Source: a virus
Virus genome (UHGV): UHGV-0150968
Length of the DNA: 10,210 nt
Direction: 5' to 3' (one strand)
Shown piece after piece: positions 7,359 through 10,210 of this stretch (positions within the stretch are counted from its first letter, which is position 1; each line of letters starts with the position of its first letter). A program made the position numbers and the translations under genes. Below the pieces are notes generated by a model that saw only the letters and a list, made by a program, of their open reading frames with translations, ran no database searches and was not told the DNA's origin.

Positions 7359-7580
7359 ATGGCAGACATCATTGATTCAGCATCAGAAATTGAAGAATTA
7401 CAGCGCAACACAGCAATAAAAATGCGCCGCCTGAACCACCAGGCTATATCTGCCACTCATTGTTGTGAGTGTGGCGATCCCATAGATGAGCGAAGACGCC
7501 TGGCCGTTCAGGGTTGTCGGACTTGTGCAAGTTGCCAGGAAGATCTGGAGCTTATCAGTAAACAGAGAGGTTCGAAGTGA
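7359..7580 (+). CDS. TraR/DksA-family C4 zinc-finger protein, 73 aa (lambda orf73-like)
   Basis: CxxC...CxxC pattern (HCCECGD ... GCRTCASC) with about 17-residue spacing, typical of the TraR/DksA C-terminal zinc finger; stop overlaps the ea22 GTG start. Confidence 0.75.
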   Translation: MADIIDSASEIEELQRNTAIKMRRLNHQAISATHCCECGDPIDERRRLAVQGCRTCASCQEDLELISKQRGSK

Positions 7581-8125
7581 GCGAAATTAACTCTCAGGCA
7601 CTGCGTGAAGCGGCAGAGCAGGCAATGCATGACGACTGGGGATTTGACGCAGACCTTTTCCATGAATTGGTAACACCATCGATTGTGCTGGAACTGCTGG
7701 ATGAACGGGAAAGAAACCAGCAATACATCAAACGCCGCGACCAGGAGAACGAGGATATTGCGCTAACAGTAGGGAAACTGCGTGTTGAGCTTGAAACAGC
7801 AAAATCAAAACTCAACGAGCAGCGTGAGTATTACGAAGGTGTTATCTCGGATGGGAGTAAGCGTATTGCTAAACTGGAAAGCAACGAAGTCCGTGAAGAC
7901 GGAAACCAGTTTCTTGTTGTTCGCCATCCTGGGAAGACTCCTGTTATCAAGCACTGCACTGGTGACCTGGAAGAGTTTCTGCGGCAGTTAATCGAACAAG
8001 ACCCGTTAGTAACTATCGACATCATTACGCATCGCTATTACGGGGTTGGAGGTCAATGGGTTCAGGATGCAGGTGAGTATCTGCATATGATGTCTGACGC
8101 TGGCATTCGCATCAAAGGAGAGTGA
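7577..8125 (+). CDS. ea22: Ea22 protein, 182 aa, GTG start
   Basis: 182 aa from GTG, matching lambda Ea22 length; central coiled-coil-like region. Confidence 0.85.
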   Translation: MSEINSQALREAAEQAMHDDWGFDADLFHELVTPSIVLELLDERERNQQYIKRRDQENEDIALTVGKLRVELETAKSKLNEQREYYEGVISDGSKRIAKLESNEVREDGNQFLVVRHPGKTPVIKHCTGDLEEFLRQLIEQDPLVTIDIITHRYYGVGGQWVQDAGEYLHMMSDAGIRIKGE

Positions 8126-8316
8126 GATCGGTTTTGTAAAAGATAACGCTTGTGAAAATGCTGAATTTCGCGTCGTCTTCACAGCGATGCCAGAGTCTGT
8201 AGTGTCAGATGATGACCGTACTCAAACATCGGGTTGAGTATTATCTTACTGTTTCTTTACATAAACATTGCTGATACCGTTTAGCTGAAACGACATACAT
8301 TGCAAGGAGTTTATAA

Positions 8317-8598
8317 ATGAGTATCAATGAGTTAGAGTCTGAGCAAAAAGATTGGGCGTTATCAATGTTGTGCAGATCCGGTGTCTTGTCTCCATGCAGA
8401 CATCACGAAGGTGTTTATGTAGATGAAGGTATAGATATAGAGTCGGCATACAAATATTCCATGAAGGTTTATAAGTCTAATGAAGACAAATCCCCATTCT
8501 GCAATGTGCGAGAAATGACTGATACCGTGCAAAATTATTATCACGAGTACGGTGGAAACGATACTTGCCCTCTCTGTACAAAACATATAGATGATTAA
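8317..8598 (+). CDS. ea8.5: Ea8.5 protein, 93 aa
   Basis: 93 aa; AAGGAG SD; matches lambda Ea8.5 length and sequence from memory. Confidence 0.85.
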   Translation: MSINELESEQKDWALSMLCRSGVLSPCRHHEGVYVDEGIDIESAYKYSMKVYKSNEDKSPFCNVREMTDTVQNYYHEYGGNDTCPLCTKHIDD

Positions 8599-8615
8599 AC
8601 CCAATATTACATAAC

Positions 8616-8647
8616 AATCCTCGCACTCGCGGGGATTTATTTTATCT
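8616..8647 (+). terminator. GC-rich hairpin (AATCCTCGC-ACTC-GCGGGGATT) followed by TATTTTAT, downstream of ea8.5
   Basis: Seen in the sequence. Confidence 0.45.
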
Positions 8648-8686
8648 GAACTCGCTACGGCGGGTTTTGTTTTATGGAGATGATAA

Positions 8687-8854
8687 ATGCACTTCCGAGT
8701 CACAGGTGAATGGAATGGAGAGCCATTCAACAGGGTTATCGAAGCAGAGAACATCAACGACTGCTATAACCACTGGATGATATGGGCGCAGATAGCGCAT
8801 GCAGACGTAACCAATATTCGAATTGAAGAACTGAAAGAACACCAAGCCGCCTGA
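8687..8854 (+). CDS. Hypothetical 55-aa protein between ea8.5 and xis (MHFRVTGEWNGEPFNRVIEAENINDCYNHWMIWAQIAHADVTNIRIEELKEHQAA)
   Basis: GGAG SD 8 nt upstream; position corresponds to an unnamed lambda ORF at about 29118-29285 by recollection; below the ORF-track cutoff, translated by hand. Confidence 0.55.
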   Translation: MHFRVTGEWNGEPFNRVIEAENINDCYNHWMIWAQIAHADVTNIRIEELKEHQAA

Positions 8855-8866
8855 TGGCGGTTTTTT
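8846..8866 (+). terminator. Hairpin GCCGCC-TGAT-GGCGG followed by TTTTTT, with the 55-aa ORF stop codon in the loop
   Basis: Seen in the sequence. Confidence 0.5.
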
Positions 8867-8867
8867 C

Positions 8868-8906
8868 TTGCGTGTAATTGCGGAGACTTTGCGATGTACT
8901 TGACAC
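8868..8906 (+). promoter_or_regulatory. pI (int promoter) with CII recognition repeat TTGC-N6-TTGC at 8868-8881
   Basis: TTGCGTGTAATTGC seen directly. Established lambda biology: the CII-dependent pI starts inside xis, so its transcript makes Int but not Xis. The -10 and start-site positions are inferred. Confidence 0.55.
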
Positions 8907-9112
8907 TTCAGGAGTGGAACGCTCGCCAGCGACGCCCAAGAAGCCTTGAAACAGTTCGTCGATGGGTGCGCGAATGCAGGATATTCCCTCCTCCGGTTAA
9001 GGATGGAAGAGAATATCTGTTCCACGAATCAGCGGTAAAGGTTGACTTAAATCGACCAGTAACAGGTAGCCTTTTGAAGAGGATCAGAAATGGGAAGAAG
9101 GCGAAGTCATGA
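8894..9112 (+). CDS. xis: Excisionase Xis, 72 aa
   Basis: MYLTLQEWNARQRRPRSLETVRRWVRECRIFPPPVKDGREYLFHESAVKVDLNRPVTGSLLKRIRNGKKAKS matches lambda Xis; 23-bp overlap with int. Confidence 0.95.
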   Translation: MYLTLQEWNARQRRPRSLETVRRWVRECRIFPPPVKDGREYLFHESAVKVDLNRPVTGSLLKRIRNGKKAKS

Positions 9113-10160
9113 GCGCCGGGATTTACCCCCTAACCTTTATATAAGAAACAATGGATATTACTGCTACAGGGACCCAAGGACGGGTAAAGAGTTTGGATTA
9201 GGCAGAGACAGGCGAATCGCAATCACTGAAGCTATACAGGCCAACATTGAGTTATTTTCAGGACACAAACACAAGCCTCTGACAGCGAGAATCAACAGTG
9301 ATAATTCCGTTACGTTACATTCATGGCTTGATCGCTACGAAAAAATCCTGGCCAGCAGAGGAATCAAACAGAAGACACTCATAAATTACATGAGCAAAAT
9401 TAAAGCAATAAGGAGGGGTCTGCCTGATGCTCCACTTGAAGACATCACCACAAAAGAAATTGCGGCAATGCTCAATGGATACATAAACGAGGGCAAGGCG
9501 GCGTCAGCCAAGTTAATCAGATCAACACTGAGCGATGCATTCCGAGAGGCAATAGCTGAAGGCCATATAACAACAAACCCTGTCGCTGCCACTCGCGCAG
9601 CAAAATCAGAGGTAAGGAGATCAAGACTTACGGCTGACGAATACCTGAAAATTTATCAAGCAGCAGAATCATCACCATGTTGGCTCAGACTTGCAATGGA
9701 ACTGGCTGTTGTTACCGGGCAACGAGTTGGTGATTTATGCGAAATGAAGTGGTCTGATATCGTAGATGGATATCTTTATGTCGAGCAAAGCAAAACAGGC
9801 GTAAAAATTGCCATCCCAACAGCATTGCATGTTGATGCTCTCGGAATATCAATGAAGGAAACACTTGATAAATGCAAAGAGATTCTTGGCGGAGAAACCA
9901 TAATTGCATCTACTCGTCGCGAACCGCTTTCATCCGGCACAGTATCAAGGTATTTTATGCGCGCACGAAAAGCATCAGGTCTTTCCTTCGAAGGGGATCC
10001 GCCTACCTTTCACGAGTTGCGCAGTTTGTCTGCAAGACTCTATGAGAAGCAGATAAGCGATAAGTTTGCTCAACATCTTCTCGGGCATAAGTCGGACACC
10101 ATGGCATCACAGTATCGTGATGACAGAGGCAGGGAGTGGGACAAAATTGAAATCAAATAA
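9090..10160 (+). CDS. int: Tyrosine integrase Int, 356 aa
   Basis: 356 aa; sequence matches lambda Int from memory, including the C-terminal catalytic region (...HLLGHKSDTMASQYRDDRGREWDKIEIK). Confidence 0.97.
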   Translation: MGRRRSHERRDLPPNLYIRNNGYYCYRDPRTGKEFGLGRDRRIAITEAIQANIELFSGHKHKPLTARINSDNSVTLHSWLDRYEKILASRGIKQKTLINYMSKIKAIRRGLPDAPLEDITTKEIAAMLNGYINEGKAASAKLIRSTLSDAFREAIAEGHITTNPVAATRAAKSEVRRSRLTADEYLKIYQAAESSPCWLRLAMELAVVTGQRVGDLCEMKWSDIVDGYLYVEQSKTGVKIAIPTALHVDALGISMKETLDKCKEILGGETIIASTRREPLSSGTVSRYFMRARKASGLSFEGDPPTFHELRSLSARLYEKQISDKFAQHLLGHKSDTMASQYRDDRGREWDKIEIK

Positions 10161-10210
10161 TGATTTTATTTTGACTGATAGTGACCTGTTCGTTGCAACA
10201 AATTGATAAG
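10161..10210. other. att-site P' arm with tandem Int arm-type binding sites (reverse complement AGGTCACTAT and CAGTCAAAAT at 10168-10187); the core lies beyond the window end
   Basis: The reverse complement of the window end reads GTTGCAACGAACAGGTCACTATCAGTCAAAATAAAATCA, the familiar lambda attP P' arm. Confidence 0.7.

Larger units (their letters stand above)
1345..10210. mobile_element. Lambda-like prophage remnant: nin module (- strand) joined directly to the ral-to-int early-left module (+ strand), extending past the right edge of the window
   Basis: Gene content and order as listed above; the entire immunity, replication, late-regulation, lysis and structural regions are absent from the window. 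Confidence 0.7.

Noticed and set aside
7594-8025. Embedded and antisense ORFs within ea22 (7594-7815, 7782-7991, 7831-8025)
   Set aside because: Overlap the ea22 frame; no independent support.
8362-9025. - strand ORFs (131, 117 and 61 aa) opposite ea8.5, the 55-aa ORF and xis
   Set aside because: Antisense to a region of collinear lambda early-left genes with good start signals on the + strand.
9386-9909. - strand ORFs inside int (68 and 65 aa)
   Set aside because: Antisense to the integrase gene.
1-10210. CRISPR arrays, tRNA or rRNA genes, insertion sequences
   Set aside because: No direct-repeat/spacer periodicity, no tRNA-like cloverleaf candidates and no terminal inverted repeats flanking a transposase-like ORF were seen by eye.
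1-10210. Engineered lambda vector or DE3-type construct
   Set aside because: int is intact, no cloning stuffer, polylinker or T7/lac cassette is visible, and the lpxR and nin arrangement is not that of a common vector; a natural defective prophage is more plausible, though this cannot be proven from sequence alone.

Overview
This window reads as a phage-lambda-like prophage remnant, in reverse orientation to the standard lambda map, with a lipid A deacylase (LpxR-like) gene at its left edge. Identification rests on my recollection of lambda protein sequences and gene lengths, not on a database search. The + strand from 3409 to 10160 carries the lambda early-left (pL) operon in canonical order: orf28, ral, ea10, cIII, kil, gam, bet, exo, a chain of small coupled ORFs, a TraR/DksA-like zinc-finger ORF, ea22, ea8.5, a 55-aa ORF, xis and int, followed by the P' arm of the att site. 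The - strand from 1465 to 3373 carries nin-region genes (NinE, NinF, NinG/Rap, NinI-type phosphatase). These two blocks diverge from a junction of about 35 bp (3374-3408), so N, pL, rexAB, cI, cro, cII, O, P, ren and Q are all absent. The element therefore looks like a deleted, probably domesticated remnant that keeps the Red recombination and integration modules. The most interesting single locus is a 65-aa ORF (3719-3916) that appears to be an insertion between ral and ea10 relative to lambda as I remember it.
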